NCBI GenBank assembly: GCA_951406725.2
Contig: OX597814.1
Coordinates: 179,056,001-179,120,000 of the forward strand
From: Octopus vulgaris
Taxonomy: Eukaryota
Direction of reading: 5' to 3'
Length of the DNA: 64,000 bases
In this document: positions 1-13,197 of the stretch, one piece after another
How positions within the stretch are numbered: position 1 is the first letter of the stretch
How the letters are laid out: each line of letters opens with the position of its first letter
Program-made: the position numbers and the translations under genes
The notes under the pieces: model-generated
Told to the model about the DNA's origin: nothing
The model's database searches: none
What the model saw: only the letters and a program-made list of their open reading frames with translations

Positions 1-659
1 GTAACTCAATGATAACAATTATACTTGTGGTATCGGTGAAGTTGGTTCAATGACCAAAATGCTACCTAAAGGAGATTGGAATTAAAATTCGCATTGTCGA
101 TCAGCAGAAACGTACCATCATATATTCTGTAATAATTCCAAGAAAGATTCTTGAGTTTTGAGGAAACTCGTCCTCGTTAGACAATCACTCTAATTTCATT
201 TGACTTAGCTACTCAGATGTGTTATTCAGAGATGAGAAATGAGAAGAATCATGAGACAGTACAAAAAGAAAATGCCATGCGTTATTTCTTCCGGCCCTTC
301 GCAATATAGGTTCATACTGCGCCGAAACCCACCTTTACTTTCATCTTCCGAACTTCGGCAAAATAACGCAGCATTCAAGCACAGAATTCGATAGAATGAA
401 CTAGGTTCCCGTTCTCAAAACAGCTGAATTGTGCCCTGTATCAGAAAGCATTATCAAACCTATGAACGGGCGTTCTTTATAGCATCGGAAATGTTTGCTT
501 GGCAGTATTTGCTCTGGTTCTTAGCGTTCTCCGTTTCAACCATACTGAAGTCAACTTCCCCTTTTATCCTTTCGGGTTCGACAAAATAATGTCTAAACCA
601 TGTACCAGGAATGATGATGTCCCTTAACAACCTCTCCAAAACTCAGGTATTTTTCAGAC

Positions 660-1360
660 GGTGACCTGGCAAAATTGTTTTCTCTTCTGTCTAACGTGCT
701 CTCGTTGAATTTCATTTTTGTCCTTTTCCCTTAATCTACAGTTAATCACTTTTTCTTTACCCAGTCTTCAGTGGTTTCTCTGTGCTGAGCTGTAAATATT
801 CTAGTAAGGTGTTGCTTTCCCTCTGTACACACTTCCAGAGCAATTAGGCCTCTTCTATACTGCTCCCACATCAGCTGCAGCCGGTTGATATCACCTTTTG
901 GATAGTAGGATCCGTACATTGTCAACAGCTTTCTAGTTTTTGCTCCACTTTACAATATCAACTCCATATCTCATTTGGGGTAATGCTCTCGCTTTTATTG
1001 CTGCAATAACATTTTTTTGAATTCAGCTTAGAACTCAATAATGTTCTCAATCTTGGAAACTCTCTAATGGTAATTTGCTTCATATCTTCAAGTCTTACTT
1101 CATCTGCTTCTAGTATCCACAAATACGTATACCACAGTCCTTTCAATTCCCTGGCTTCCTTCAAACCGCACTTTACGATCCCAAAGTCTATACCTCCACC
1201 ATTTGACAAAATGCGAACATTATTGTACAAGGCTTTCTCATTTTTCGCATAAATCTTTATATCACTCATAAAAAGGAGATTATATAATTTCCCAAATAGC
1301 AAGTTATTTTAAATTTTCGCAATATCAAACTGAGCGGCATCATGGTCGATACAAATAGTA
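660..1360 (-). mobile_element. Decayed R4/Dong-clade non-LTR retrotransposon fragment (RT domain)
   Basis: ORF 958-1302(-) LLFMSDIKIYAKNEK...DFGIVKC resembles the R4/Dong RT motif LLYMDDLKLYAK...FGLDKC. It abuts a (TTA)n/(TCA)n array at 1366-1431. Confidence 0.7.
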
Positions 1361-1365
1361 ATGGA

Positions 1366-1392
1366 TTATTTATTATTATTATTATTATTATT

Positions 1393-1427
<35 letters not shown>

Positions 1428-1431
1428 TATT
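1366..1431. repeat. (TTA)n/(TCA)n microsatellite
   Basis: Direct reading. Confidence 0.95.
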
Positions 1432-2343
1432 AGGCTATGTGAGAGGGCTATGTGAAAACGCTGAAAACTTGTATGGAGAGGGTTGCTACTGTAAGGCCTT
1501 GTGTATTACAACAGCATCCGCCTATTTGCTATACCACCGAAGTGAGTCAAAATTGGTTATCAGAGTATTTCTACAGCTTCCCCAGTCCCAATTTCTGACC
1601 TCCGAACTGCTCCCGATAATATACCTACTGATTATGATGTGAGGGGCGCAGATGAAAAAGACTGTTGTTTGGATGTCCCCAGACGATGAAGTAGACTAGC
1701 TCAATACGTAGATAAAAAGGGAGAAGTATAGACGTCAGAGGAGAGTAGAGAGTCGAAGTTGAGTAGTAGAGGCATCCGAACGTGCGACATAACAAAGACA
1801 TTAACCACATTGGTAACAACACGAAGGCTGAGCAGATGGCCAAAATCAAGATGTTCAGTAATATTACGACGGACAAGTGAGGAACGTATCCGTGAACTCT
1901 CAGACCCGTCTGCAGGACGCGGCTGAACCTGAGGACGACAGCATTGAGTAAACCATTATCTCACCACTATAATCTAGTTATTGAATATATACTAGCAGCT
2001 CTAGTTCTATAAATTTTATTGACCGCACATATCAAATGTATATATTTCCTTTGTACGTCGAGCTCGCTGCGACGCAGTGCTTGAGTACGACTTCCCGGTT
2101 AGTGCCGTGTGTTAAAACACTCGTAAGCCATAGGCAGGTGAGCCAACTCGTTTCGGATCAAACTAAGGATAGACGGATACCGATATTTCGCCAATTTTAT
2201 GGTTTATCAACACCACAAACCTGAAGCGAAAAGGAAAGGAATCGAATGGCCAATTTATGAATATTCATAATCAATATAAGAACTATTTGCTGATGTTCTC
2301 TGCGATGAGTTGTAATATTAAATTTAATAATGAAATATATGTA

Positions 2344-2376
<33 letters not shown>

Positions 2377-2721
2377 AAATGTGTGCGTGTGTGTGTGTTT
2401 GTGTGTAAATGTGTGCGTGTGAGTGTGTGGAGAGAGAGAAAAAGAGACAGTGAGATCCAGTGATGCTCAATATAGAAAGGCGTAGCACTCAAACGATTTG
2501 AACATACAATCCGTGGAAAAGAGTGGCTATAATAGAAATCAAGGTGAGTGGAAATAACACCAACCTCACTACCCGACTCTCATAGAACTGTTTTATTTGT
2601 TTGGTTGCATCATCATTTTTGTATACGTGAATATGTATCTATGTATATATGTATGTATCAAAATTACTAAGACAAAACTTGAAAACGTGTCAAAATTTTC
2701 CTTTATACGTATATATATATA

Positions 2722-2900
2722 TATTAAATTAGAGATAAAACCACTATAAGGCAAATCAAACAGTGAAAATCATAAACCAATACATAGAAATAAAATTAAT
2801 TAATAAAAAATATATAAAATATAAAATTCAAAATTTAAATTATTTAAATTTAAAGTTAAAATTTTAAAAAATTATTTAAATTAATAATTTATACTTAGAA
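2722..2900 (-). mobile_element. Terminal stub of a TA-inserted Penelope-like element
   Basis: ATTAAATTAGAGATAAAACCACTATAAGGCAAATCAAAC closely matches 30405-30443. It is flanked by (TA)n. Confidence 0.5.
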
Positions 2901-2953
2901 ATTTTTATACATATATATATATATATATATATTTATCATTATTATTATTATTA

Positions 2954-2993
<40 letters not shown>

Positions 2994-3631
2994 CATGGCT
3001 GAAGTTATATGACTGAAATAAGTCATAAGAATTTTCCTACTTAATAAAACATTACTTTTCAAATTATTTACCTCGGGTCACATTGAAATAAGGAAAAACC
3101 TTAAAAACCTTTATTGCAGATTAGTGGTATCTGTTATAATATTTAATATCTTACAGACCCATTGAACAGTTATACGTGTGTGTGTGGTGTGTGTGTGTGT
3201 GTGTGTGTATGTATGTGTGTGTGGTGAGCGAGAAAGTGAGAGAGTGAGACTGAGAGAGATTTGGCCAGTAAAATGATTTTGTTTGTAACGATGAATATTC
3301 CGTGACTAAACAATAACGCAAGTAGGTTAAACTAAATGGAAGCGTGCTATTCTTTACAGTTTATTTCATTTAATTTCCACATAAAAGAACATCAGGTTAG
3401 ACAGTCGGTGCACCTGATTATCTTAATGACATGAAATTCATATTTTCGTTTTAAGAATTGAGTCTTGTACTGTCAAGTAGTTACAGTCTACACTAATACA
3501 GGGTAACCATAAGCATCTTATATGGTTAATACTTAGCTTTAAAGAGTACTCTCAGAAATACTAATGCTTCTGAGATAAACTTCAAGACATTTAGTATAGT
3601 GGAAATTTCAAATATTAATAACAATCATAGT

Positions 3632-6600
3632 ATTTTTTTCTTTTGTAAAGAGCAAGAGATAAAAAAATAATAACACATATTGTGACTGCGGTACAGGGCA
3701 ATACAATGCAGGGTCACACAAAATTTGGTGTTAAAAAGAACAACGGTAAAATTACTTACAGCAGGGAGATATTTCCCATTTCAGAAACAGTTCCTAGGAC
3801 AGCTCGTAGAAACACCACAAAACCAGGGTTTGTCTGACCACTATGGCAAGTGCCATCTCCTCGTTATCCTCCTTCCTTCTACATATCTTGACATAAACCC
3901 ACAAGTCGACAATTTTCGGGCACTGCTCGCGTGCATACTGAACCTTTTCGTCGCTTTTGCACGCATTTCCTCCGTTAGAGTTTGTTTCGAGCAAGCAACG
4001 TATACCACTCGAAGGAAATATTCCTAGGCCAAAGATTTCAGACCAACCAGCTTATTCTCAGTGACTTACGGAATCTTCCCGAAAACATCGTTGCTCTTAA
4101 CCGCCACCAAACATCTATAGAACATCTACAGAAGTGAGAATTCCATCAACCTCATTACCCTACTGATAGAGAACTGGGAGTGAATGACGGCATTCAAGGT
4201 GCTATGACGCTACATCGGTCTACGCTTGCTCCAGTTCGGCAGCTCAGTCAGAGTCGAGCTGTGGAAAAGAGAGTCGGACAAAGGTCTCCACACCAATTCA
4301 CTGTCAAGGACACGCTGAAGATGTCTGCTTATGATCAGTCATATCATACACAATTTGTTTTTTAACAGCAGATCTTCACGATAAATCGAACGCCTGGCTA
4401 GCAGAAAGGAGTTCATATACAGAGGTATACGCACTTCAGTCTATTACGTAAGCGATATATGCATTAGCTATCTCTCCGCAGCCTTTTAGTGATAGTATTC
4501 TGTCCGCTCATTTCTATGTAAGATTGACCACTCTTCCCCAGTTCTCCGCCTGTAGATAGATCAGAAACAAACCAGACAACAAGCAAACTAATCAGTCCAT
4601 TAGTCTAGCTACCCATGACATCAAGGTGACGAGCAGGAGGCTCACTGACTTTTCTTGGTTAACATTTGCTCCTGTTACCGTCTCACAATCCATTAGAACA
4701 GTACCGATCAGGTCTATGTACTTGCACGTGCTGACTTGTTTTTTCCACGTCCTAATTCACGTAGGGTGCTCCTCAACATCTGCAGTTAGCGCAGTAGAGA
4801 CTCCAGAGTTCGTACATACAGAAAAGACAGAAGGGTATATTTTTGACCAGTGCGCGCATGATATTGAATGGTTGCGATAGGTAACTATTGACTAGAAATA
4901 TTGAGCTGATGTCGCTATATTTTATGGCAACCCAGCAACCGAAATGAGGGCGAAACACACCTCAGAGGGAACGGCTACCAAGTACTGGTGGTGGATACTG
5001 TCAAAGGTTTTCGGTTGATCCAAATTGACCAGGGCCCCACCTATTCTAACCTCTTTACCATCATTCTCTATGTTATATAAAAGTAGTGATTGCCGTGGAT
5101 AAACCTCCCTGGGATGTCGCAAGTTTGCAAATCACCAACCAGTCGCTAGATGACAGGTGCCAATATCTTCGCTAATACCACGGCAACAATTTTGAGATCT
5201 GCGTGTAGCAGAATCATGGGCCAAATCTGTTCTATTTGATTCTCCTTTTCGAGGTCGTTTCTTAGCAGTGCCACGTTCGCGACACACATAACTATAAATT
5301 CTCTCGTTGCACTGTAATTTGAAGTAGATAGTTGCTAAGAGACTTCGAAACAAGTCTGCAATTTGCCCCCCTTTGCAGCCCATAATTCTGCGGCTGTCAT
5401 CGGTTTTTCCAGCTCCTAAAGCATCTTTCCTCCCCTCGTGCCTTATGGTACGCAGCTTAGCTCTGGTAGTACTACCTTCGTGCAGAGCGGTGGAAAATTA
5501 GCCTGGGCTAATCTCGCCACGAACACATCGGTTGCAGATGTTTTCTTAAATATTTGTTCTAAATTTTTAATAAAGCCTCCCTTTATTCTCTTTCGCTTTT
5601 ATCACTTTAGCCTCATTAAACTTTAATTGCCCATTTCAGAATAAACCACTATTTGTAGCTGACAACAGATGCTTTCAACGTCCGGTTAGATAATTTGCTA
5701 ATCGGGTCTCTTTAAGATTGGCACATCGAGTGTGACGCGTTCAGCTACCAGTAACCCACTACCTGCCTACAGAGCCAATTTTGGTCGACCGTACATGCCA
5801 AACATGTGTGGTCTGTATAGCCGACAGTTTAAAAAGTGGACAACTTATGCTATTCTTATCTACTCCCCTACAGAATACTCTGTCTAGATACAATGTAGAT
5901 GACCCGATGTAGTGCGTCATTGATCAAATTTGCATATTGGGGAAATGTATTCAACACCTAACAAATTTACGAGACTTTAGCAATCAGCTACACCTGCCCC
6001 TCGCCCCAAAAAGAAAATACAGATGTGCATATAAGATGATGTTCCAATCACCCATTAAAACTAAATCTGTAAACGCCTAGTGAAATTCGGCTCTCCTGTC
6101 TCTGCCGGAGCATAAAGAGCTACCACACTGAAAACATCCCCACTGCGACCATTCACATCTAGGACCACCACCTTTCCTTTTTGAGACCGAGAAGATGGTC
6201 CTTATTTTCAGATTCAGACCTTTTAGGGGAAATACCGCAGTTTCACTCTCCTTTCGCGAGTGATACGGAAATAAGTAAATCTCCTATCCACCAAAAATTG
6301 GCATGCATGCTCGTGAATTCTTAAAGTCTGTTCTCGCTCAAGACTACAACATCTATATTGAGTGATCTGAGGGCTTTGAGTACGTGGTATTATTGCCAAT
6401 GAACCCCCAGACCACATGCGTTTATATTGCCTATTAAAAGCATGACCGTGTAAGAGAAGACATTAGGAGAGTGAAAAGAAACACCCAATTTCTGTGGAGA
6501 AACGTGAGTGTTATCCTTCGTGATACATGTGTGTATGTCCACGTGCAGTTCTTTATATAGTATTTTGTTTAAGCTGGCTCAAAGTTCTTTTGTAATGAAG

Positions 6601-8400
6601 TAAATGATTAATGTAATGTAGCTGTCGTATATGATGCTAGCATTTTCATATACGTGTCCCATTAGCGTTATATGATTTGCATTTATGATGGTGTAGTTAG
6701 CAATGTCTTGCTTTTGTTCATTCTGAGGGATCCTGATCGTTGCTGTGTTTGTGCGTGTGGTAATAGTGTCTATGCTAGTGGTGTTAATCGGAATAATAGT
6801 ATTAAAAGTTGATGGTATACCTGCAGTTGGGGCTGGTGTTGGTACATTTTAGCTTGAATTTATCTCCCTTATTTGGCCTTAACTCAAAACCTTTTCGATT
6901 GATACATTTTTGTTTCATTTTCTTTTCTTTGCCTTAGTTACTGTCTTCGTATCATCTTAACATGACATATTTGTGTTGCGTGAGTCCGGCGGGAATATGT
7001 CTAGGGAAGGTTAGTCATGTTCTTTTCTTGATATATTTGTTATTATTGAGGGTGGGGTTCCCTTTCTGTTTTTGTTAGCGCTATCTGTGATCAGGTAGTC
7101 CTTGGTGTTAATGCATTTCAGATATTTTACTTGCTTCAAATTTTGTTGTTATTGCTGTTGTTGCCGCCATCACTGGTGCTGCTAATACTGCTACTATTGG
7201 TTTTGTAGTTGCTACTTTTACTCTTACTGCAGTTGTGCTCGCCTGATTCTGTTGAGGCTGTAGCTGTTACGGTACTTGAGGTTATTTTCACTTTGACAGT
7301 GGTGCTTTCACAGTAGTGGTTGGTATGGTAGTGTTGTTGTTGTTGTTGTTGGCGGTTGTGATGGTGATGGTGGTGATGGTAGTGGTGGTGGTGGTGGCGG
7401 CGGCTATGATGGTGGTATCGGCAGTAGAAGTGACCTCCTTTTATTTCCTATGGGCTAAAAGCTTCGAGGTGTTTTTGTTACCACACATTTGACACTTCAG
7501 TCTACTACTCTCGACAGATATGTGCAGTTCTGTGCCATCTGACAGATTACTTAGTTCCGCTATCATTTCCATGCACTGATTCTCAGTCCGTATGAGAATT
7601 TCCATGACCTGACCTGTCCATCTCTGCTTCTGAAGACACTGATCCTTTCTATATCGATCGGATCCGACGCCATCAACCAGCAGATGTTGATTTCTGGATG
7701 CACGTTGATCCCACTTAATTCTAAAAGCCCTACGACCGACGTAAATTGGTATGAGGTCCAGTTTTTCATTCATTTGGGTGGGTGTTGTGTGCTTTCTGGC
7801 ATCTTCCTCTATGGCGAATCTCACCTCTATAGTTTTAATTTTCTTTCCTCTATGTCTCCAAATTGCATTACGATACTTTTAAATCAGCCGGTGTGTTGCC
7901 TTTTCTACTTTACCAGTTTTGCTGCTATAGTTTTGTATGTAACTATTCCCAGATTATTTAGATTTTGGACAGGTCCTACATGTACAGTTCCACGTTTAGG
8001 CCACATTTCTCCGACATAGTTTTCGCACTTTTAATTGACTTAAGTCGATAAAAATTTCTGCGTTCATTTGACGCACCACGCCGGTGGAAACACTAAAGCT
8101 AGATTCGTAAGTTATATTTTCGCTTTTTTTTATGAAAGCTAATGGTTTTGTTGACGGAGGAGGTGGAACGTGATAATGTGTTCAACGGAGAATATAATTC
8201 CTTTTTTTTGTTGTTGTTGTGCAGTGGGCTCATGCTATTTGTTGTTTTAAATTTCATTGCTCTTGCTTTAGTATTTTTAATTCGCCTTGTTGTTCTTGGT
8301 GTTTTGGGAGTGTAGCCAAAGTGTGATGATCGTAATGGTGTTGCTTTTGTAATGCTTTTTATTGTTTCCATTGCTATTTGTACACTGTGTGTTAAATGTA
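3632..8400 (-). mobile_element. Near full-length decayed Tx1/L1-clade LINE (ORF1 + APE-RT ORF2)
   Basis: Minus strand: ORF1 remnant 7441-8020 (..LIPIYVGRR..) and a Thr/Pro-rich linker. ORF2 starts near 6443 with MLLIGNINACGL..LRSLNIDVVVLSE (APE). RT motif LVNLDQPKTFDSIHHQYL at about 5000-5050, a C-terminal Zn-knuckle remnant at 3794-3994, and an A-rich tail at 3632-3645. Many stops and frameshifts. Confidence 0.8.
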
Positions 8401-8677
8401 AAAGTCGGTAGTGGAGGGAACATTTTCATAATGGATGTCAGAACGGCCATTATCCTCCTCCATTTGGGAACGCATATTGCATTCTGTTTTAAAAATATAT
8501 GAAGTTTTCAATAATAAATTAAAATATTCGCTCTTAAAGGGTTAATTTCTCCACAATTCAACGAGCTTCAAAGTGAGTTGGCTTAATTAGCAGATAGTCC
8601 AACAAAATGCAAATATCGAAACTCGAAACAAAAGTTAAACAAAAGTTACGAGCTGGAAACAAACGACTTCATAGCAC

Positions 8678-8679
<2 letters not shown>

Positions 8680-8746
<67 letters not shown>
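8680..8746. repeat. (TAA)n microsatellite
   Basis: Direct reading. Confidence 0.97.
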
Positions 8747-8749
<3 letters not shown>

Positions 8750-9311
8750 GCCCTGATGCAGTACCAGGCAGTGGCTCTCGTGGCTCCTAATCTTAACTGT
8801 TTGGAAGTGTTATCATGTATATTGTTTTGTCTTGGTATAAAACATTGGCTACAGTAAATATTCTGCTCAGTACCACATATTTGTTTGTCATTTGTTTGAC
8901 CTTAACCAGTTGAGCATTTCTCTTAGTGGCTGACGATATGTGCATCTCTGATCACGGGCAGAAGTAGAGGGGGAGCATCATAGCCATGTGTTGAGAGGGA
9001 TTTTTTGGGGTTTGAATCATTCACCTCTGCAAACATGGGTGTTTCGTTCAACATCCTGAAACAACCCTTATTCAGGGACCTTTTGAGTGGGATGGGCTAC
9101 TCGACCAGAAGAAAATTCTAACTGGGCCCCACCTACAAGGTCATGTGCTGTTTATCTTGATATGAGATCGCCATGTCGCGTACATATGGTTGTGATGCAT
9201 ATGCCTAGTGTACCTTTATCAGACGGGTATTCATGATGAATATACCGGTATACTGGGCTTCGTATATTTTACCCCAGCGTCAGTTTGATGGCATGCACTG
9301 CTCTCTCACGC

Positions 9312-9312
<1 letters not shown>
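8747..9312 (-). mobile_element. ~570-bp non-coding interspersed element bounded by (TAA)n (copy 1)
   Basis: Bounded on both sides by TAA arrays. A diverged second copy follows immediately (9360-9832). Strand is inferred from the (TTA)n tail. Confidence 0.7.
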
Positions 9313-9351
<39 letters not shown>

Positions 9352-9359
9352 TTCATTAT

Positions 9360-9832
9360 CATCTTGGTATAAACTATAGACTACAACAAAGTTTCTGATA
9401 AATACCACAAGTTTACTTGTCAGTTATTTGACCTCAACTTGTTGAGCATGTCCCTTAGTGGCTGACGATATGTGCATTTCTGATTAGAAGCAGAAGTAGT
9501 GGGGTAGCATTATAGCCATGTCTCAAAGGAACTTGAGGCGTTTAAATATTTCACGTCTGAAAACATGGCCGTTTCGTTCAACATCCTTAAGCAACCCTTA
9601 TTCAGGGAACTTTTGAATGGGATTGGTTACAAGACCCGAAGAAAATTCTAACTGGGCCCCCACCTGCAAGGTTATGTGCTGTTTCTCTTGATATGAGATC
9701 ACCATGTTACTCACACATCGTTGTTATACATGTGCCTGTGTTCCACTCATGAGATGGGTAGTCATTATGTGTAAACTGCGATTCGTATATTGGTACCTGT
9801 GTCACTTTGATGGCATGTGCATTGTTCTCTCA
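9360..9832 (-). mobile_element. Diverged, truncated copy 2 of the TAA-bounded element
   Basis: Colinear with 8829-9312; shared blocks include CTTAGTGGCTGACGATATGTGCAT, GAAGAAAATTCTAACTGGGCCCC and CAACCCTTATTCAGGGA. Confidence 0.75.
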
Positions 9833-9876
9833 ATAATGATAACATTAATCACAACATTAACAACAACAACAGCAGG

Positions 9877-11008
9877 AATAATAGACTGGACCATAAAATA
9901 ATTATAGAAACTTGACTGAAAAACTAGGAAGATGTTGACCAAGTGTGGAGCCCACCATCCGAAAACTGATATCAACCGGCTGTACTTAAGGAGACACCAG
10001 GGTGGAACATATTTAATATCAGTAGGAGAACGTGTAGAGATTGAAAGAAAAATTCTGGTACAGTATTTACAGAGTAGCACAGAAAAACTAGCAAAGATAG
10101 TTAAGAAAGAACAGGTGATAAAGCACGTAAGAGGAGAAAAGAGCAAGAATGAAATACAAAGAGAGCACTTCAGAGAGATCGAAGAGAAACCTTGTCATGG
10201 CCAATTTTTGAGAGGCACTGAAGAGGTTGTCGAACAAAATCCTGGGCTTGGTTACAGAAAGGAGCAAGTAGAAGAAGAAACAGAGAGCCTAACTGTAGCA
10301 TCCGAAGATCAAGCGATAAAAACAAACAACTTGGGAAAATATTTATACATATGGATAGAATGAGTCAGAAAAATGTAGACCCAGTGGAACCTGGAGCGAA
10401 CAGTGGCACACATAGTGGGAGAATGCCCCAAGTTGGTACAGGAAGAATATTAAGAAAATAGAGACACATCGAGGCTGTAAAGGTTTTACACAGAAAACTG
10501 AGCCACAAATAGGGATTTGAAGCTGGAAACACATGGTATAGTCATCGATTCGAAAGAGTACTAGAGACGGCGAAATCTAAGATTTTGCTGGAACTTTCGA
10601 ATTCAAACGGAACAAAAATTAGAAAACAATAAACCAGATATTACAATCATAGATAAAGAAACACAAAGTTGTTTACTTATCGACTCTAGTATCGTAAAGA
10701 AGAGGAAGGAAAAAATACAATCCCCTAAAATTTGAAATAGGAAGAATTTGGTGTATGCGAATAGGAAAGGTCGTGCCTATAATAAATGGTGCGTTGGGAT
10801 CAATAATCTATATAGACAAATGGCAGAGAGAGAATGAAATAGAATGCCCAGTAGAGCTCCTACGGAACGTTTGTCGATAAGGAGCAGCCAAGGAGTATCA
10901 GGAGGGCTCTAAGTACTTTCAAGTACTTGAAAGACTGCAGAAAAGTTGTGGATACACGCTATCCACATAGTCCCTACCAGGAATAACACCTATCCTGAGA
11001 TAAACCGA

Positions 11009-11009
<1 letters not shown>
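9877..11009 (+). mobile_element. 5'-truncated R4/Dong-clade LINE (thumb, Zn knuckle, RLE endonuclease) ending in (TAA)n
   Basis: HHPKTDINRLYLRRHQGG (cf. HPKSDVDRLYLPRKEGGRGL), HGQFLR, ETESLTVASEDQAIKT, then NNKPDITIIDK (PD-(D/E)xK) and GALGSI. The 3' end runs into a TAA array, the known Dong target. Confidence 0.85.
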
Positions 11010-11082
<73 letters not shown>

Positions 11083-11155
11083 CAATAATAATAATAATAA
11101 TAATAATATTAATAATGATAATAATAATGATAATAATAATAGTGATAATGATAAT
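11010..11155. repeat. (TAA)n microsatellite
   Basis: Direct reading. Confidence 0.97.
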
Positions 11156-11156
11156 A

Positions 11157-11545
11157 TTTGACAGCAAATATATTAATTTTCTATTTTTCTCTTTCTAAGA
11201 TGTAAAATCTCAGCTTTTGTTGGGGGATGCACAGTACGCTGCATTCAGCCTATCGCAGTGATGGCATTTTTATAGAATATAAAATTACAAATGTTATAAA
11301 AGGCTTAATTCTGTGATACATTTGCAGACATTCATTCCGGATTATGTCTGCTGCTGCTCATGTATTTTAATTTAAAAAAAAAAAAAAATTTAATTTAAAA
11401 AAAGAAAAAAAAAATTAACGAACTATTGAGTTTGGTTTAATGGCCTACCAATGTATACTATGAGTTTCTTTGCCCTAGGAGTCGGGAAGATACTCGGCAA
11501 GAAATGGAAGCAAATTTGAAAGAAGAAGAAAAAAATAATAATAAT

Positions 11546-11610
<65 letters not shown>

Positions 11611-12072
11611 TGATGATGATGATGATAAAATGAATAAAGCTTTCCGGAGTAAGCAATAACTTCAAAGGATTCTTTTAAATTGCATGTCACGTATTGAGAA
11701 GAGCATTCTCACCGTGAGAAAGATAACCTTTGATGTAAATATTTATTGGTTTTTGTAACTAGATTATACGGTGGGAGTATTTTAATACCATATAATTGTT
11801 ATATTATAATATGTCTTGTTGCATAATAATTCGTTTTTAAAAATGACGCTGTCGCGTGACGTCTACGCCAATTTAAGTGTGACATAATCCGGAATGAATG
11901 TCTGCAAATGCATCACAGAATTAAGCCTTTTATAACATTTGTAATTTTATATTCTATAAAAATGACATCACTGCGATAGGCTGAATGCAGCGTACTGTGC
12001 ATCCTCCAACAAAAGCTGACATTTTACATCTTAGAAAGAGAAAAATAGAGAATTAATATATTTGCTGTCAAA
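11157..12072. repeat. 192-bp inverted repeat (arms 11157-11348 and 11881-12072)
   Basis: The arms are reverse complements with about 5 mismatches by manual comparison. The spacer holds poly(A), a Dong-like 3' end and (TAA)n. Confidence 0.92.
11424..11625 (+). mobile_element. Short Dong/R4-like 3'-end stub plus (TAA)n/(TGA)n tail
   Basis: CCCTAGGAGTCGGGAAGATACTCGG..AAAAAA(TAA)n resembles Dong-type 3' UTR ends. Confidence 0.4.
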
Positions 12073-12968
12073 CACAATATCAAAGGAATGAGTATCAAGT
12101 TCCGTATATGAATTGCTCTCTTATGATTCTAATCTCAAATTATTATAAAGCAGTCTTCAATATTCGGTGGAGAAAACCTATATACTTCCAACACCTTGGA
12201 TAATTTTAAACGGCGATATCAATATTGAATGACGGTTTTGTATTCCTTGTTGTAATCCGTCCTCAAAGTATCGCTACGGTACTTAGAGACAGAAAACCTG
12301 GTTAGACGCGCGTCACCAGTGCAAGAAACTATTAGTAGCTCGTACCTTTCTATATATGTATTCTAATACTCTAACATCTCCCTCTCTCTCTCCTCCTGCC
12401 TGTGGTTTTGTAGATGTTTGATGTATATCCGGAATGTAACATTGTTCTCATAGAAATATATTCTGAATTATCTTCCTGTTTTCATTTTGGTCTCTTATTA
12501 TTATACAAGGATCAACAATATTTCCGGTATAATGACTTTGTTTACGTTTAAAGCATTACAGAAAAATCATTCTCTTCAAAAGTTTAAATATAACTGCATT
12601 AATGTAATTATATATGTTCATTCATTACCGAAAATCCATATCACAATTTTAAAGATAATTTTGATATTGCTACATGCAAGCCTACACACAGGAAGACGAC
12701 ACAAAAAAATTCAAATATTACCAAAGCTGAATTAACTGTAAACTTTTCGCTAATTAGATATGTATAAATTCTCAAGTATGTACACACACACACATACACA
12801 TGCACACACATGCGGGCTTACACCCCTACAAACACAGACATTTTCTTGAGTAATGTATCAGTGTGCATGCATGTGTTTATATGCATGTTTAACTCAGAGA
12901 AAATTAAAGAAAGGAAATGAAACGAGATACCATGTCATGAATAGCAAGATTAAAGAAATGTGATCTGG

Positions 12969-13197
12969 TAAGGCGGCGAGCTGGCAGAAACGTTAGCACG
13001 CCGGGCGTAATGCTTGGCAGTATTTCGTCTGCCGCTACGTTCTGAATTCAAATTCCGCCGAGGTCGACTTTGCCTTTCATCCTTTCGGGGTCGACAAATT
13101 AAGTACCAGGTACGCACTGGGGTCGATATAATTGACTTAATCCATTTGTTCTTGTTTGTCCCCTCTGTGTTTGGCCCCTTGTGGGTAGTAAACAAAT
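12969..13197 (+). mobile_element. tRNA-derived SINE, family A (GGCGGCGAGCTGGCAGAAACGTTAG head)
   Basis: A-box-like and B-box-like motifs (GAATTCAAATTCC), core GACTTTGCCTTTCATCCTTTCGGGGTCGA, and a perfect 16-bp TSD AAGAAATGTGATCTGG at 12953-12968 and 13198-13213. Several copies in the window. Confidence 0.92.
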
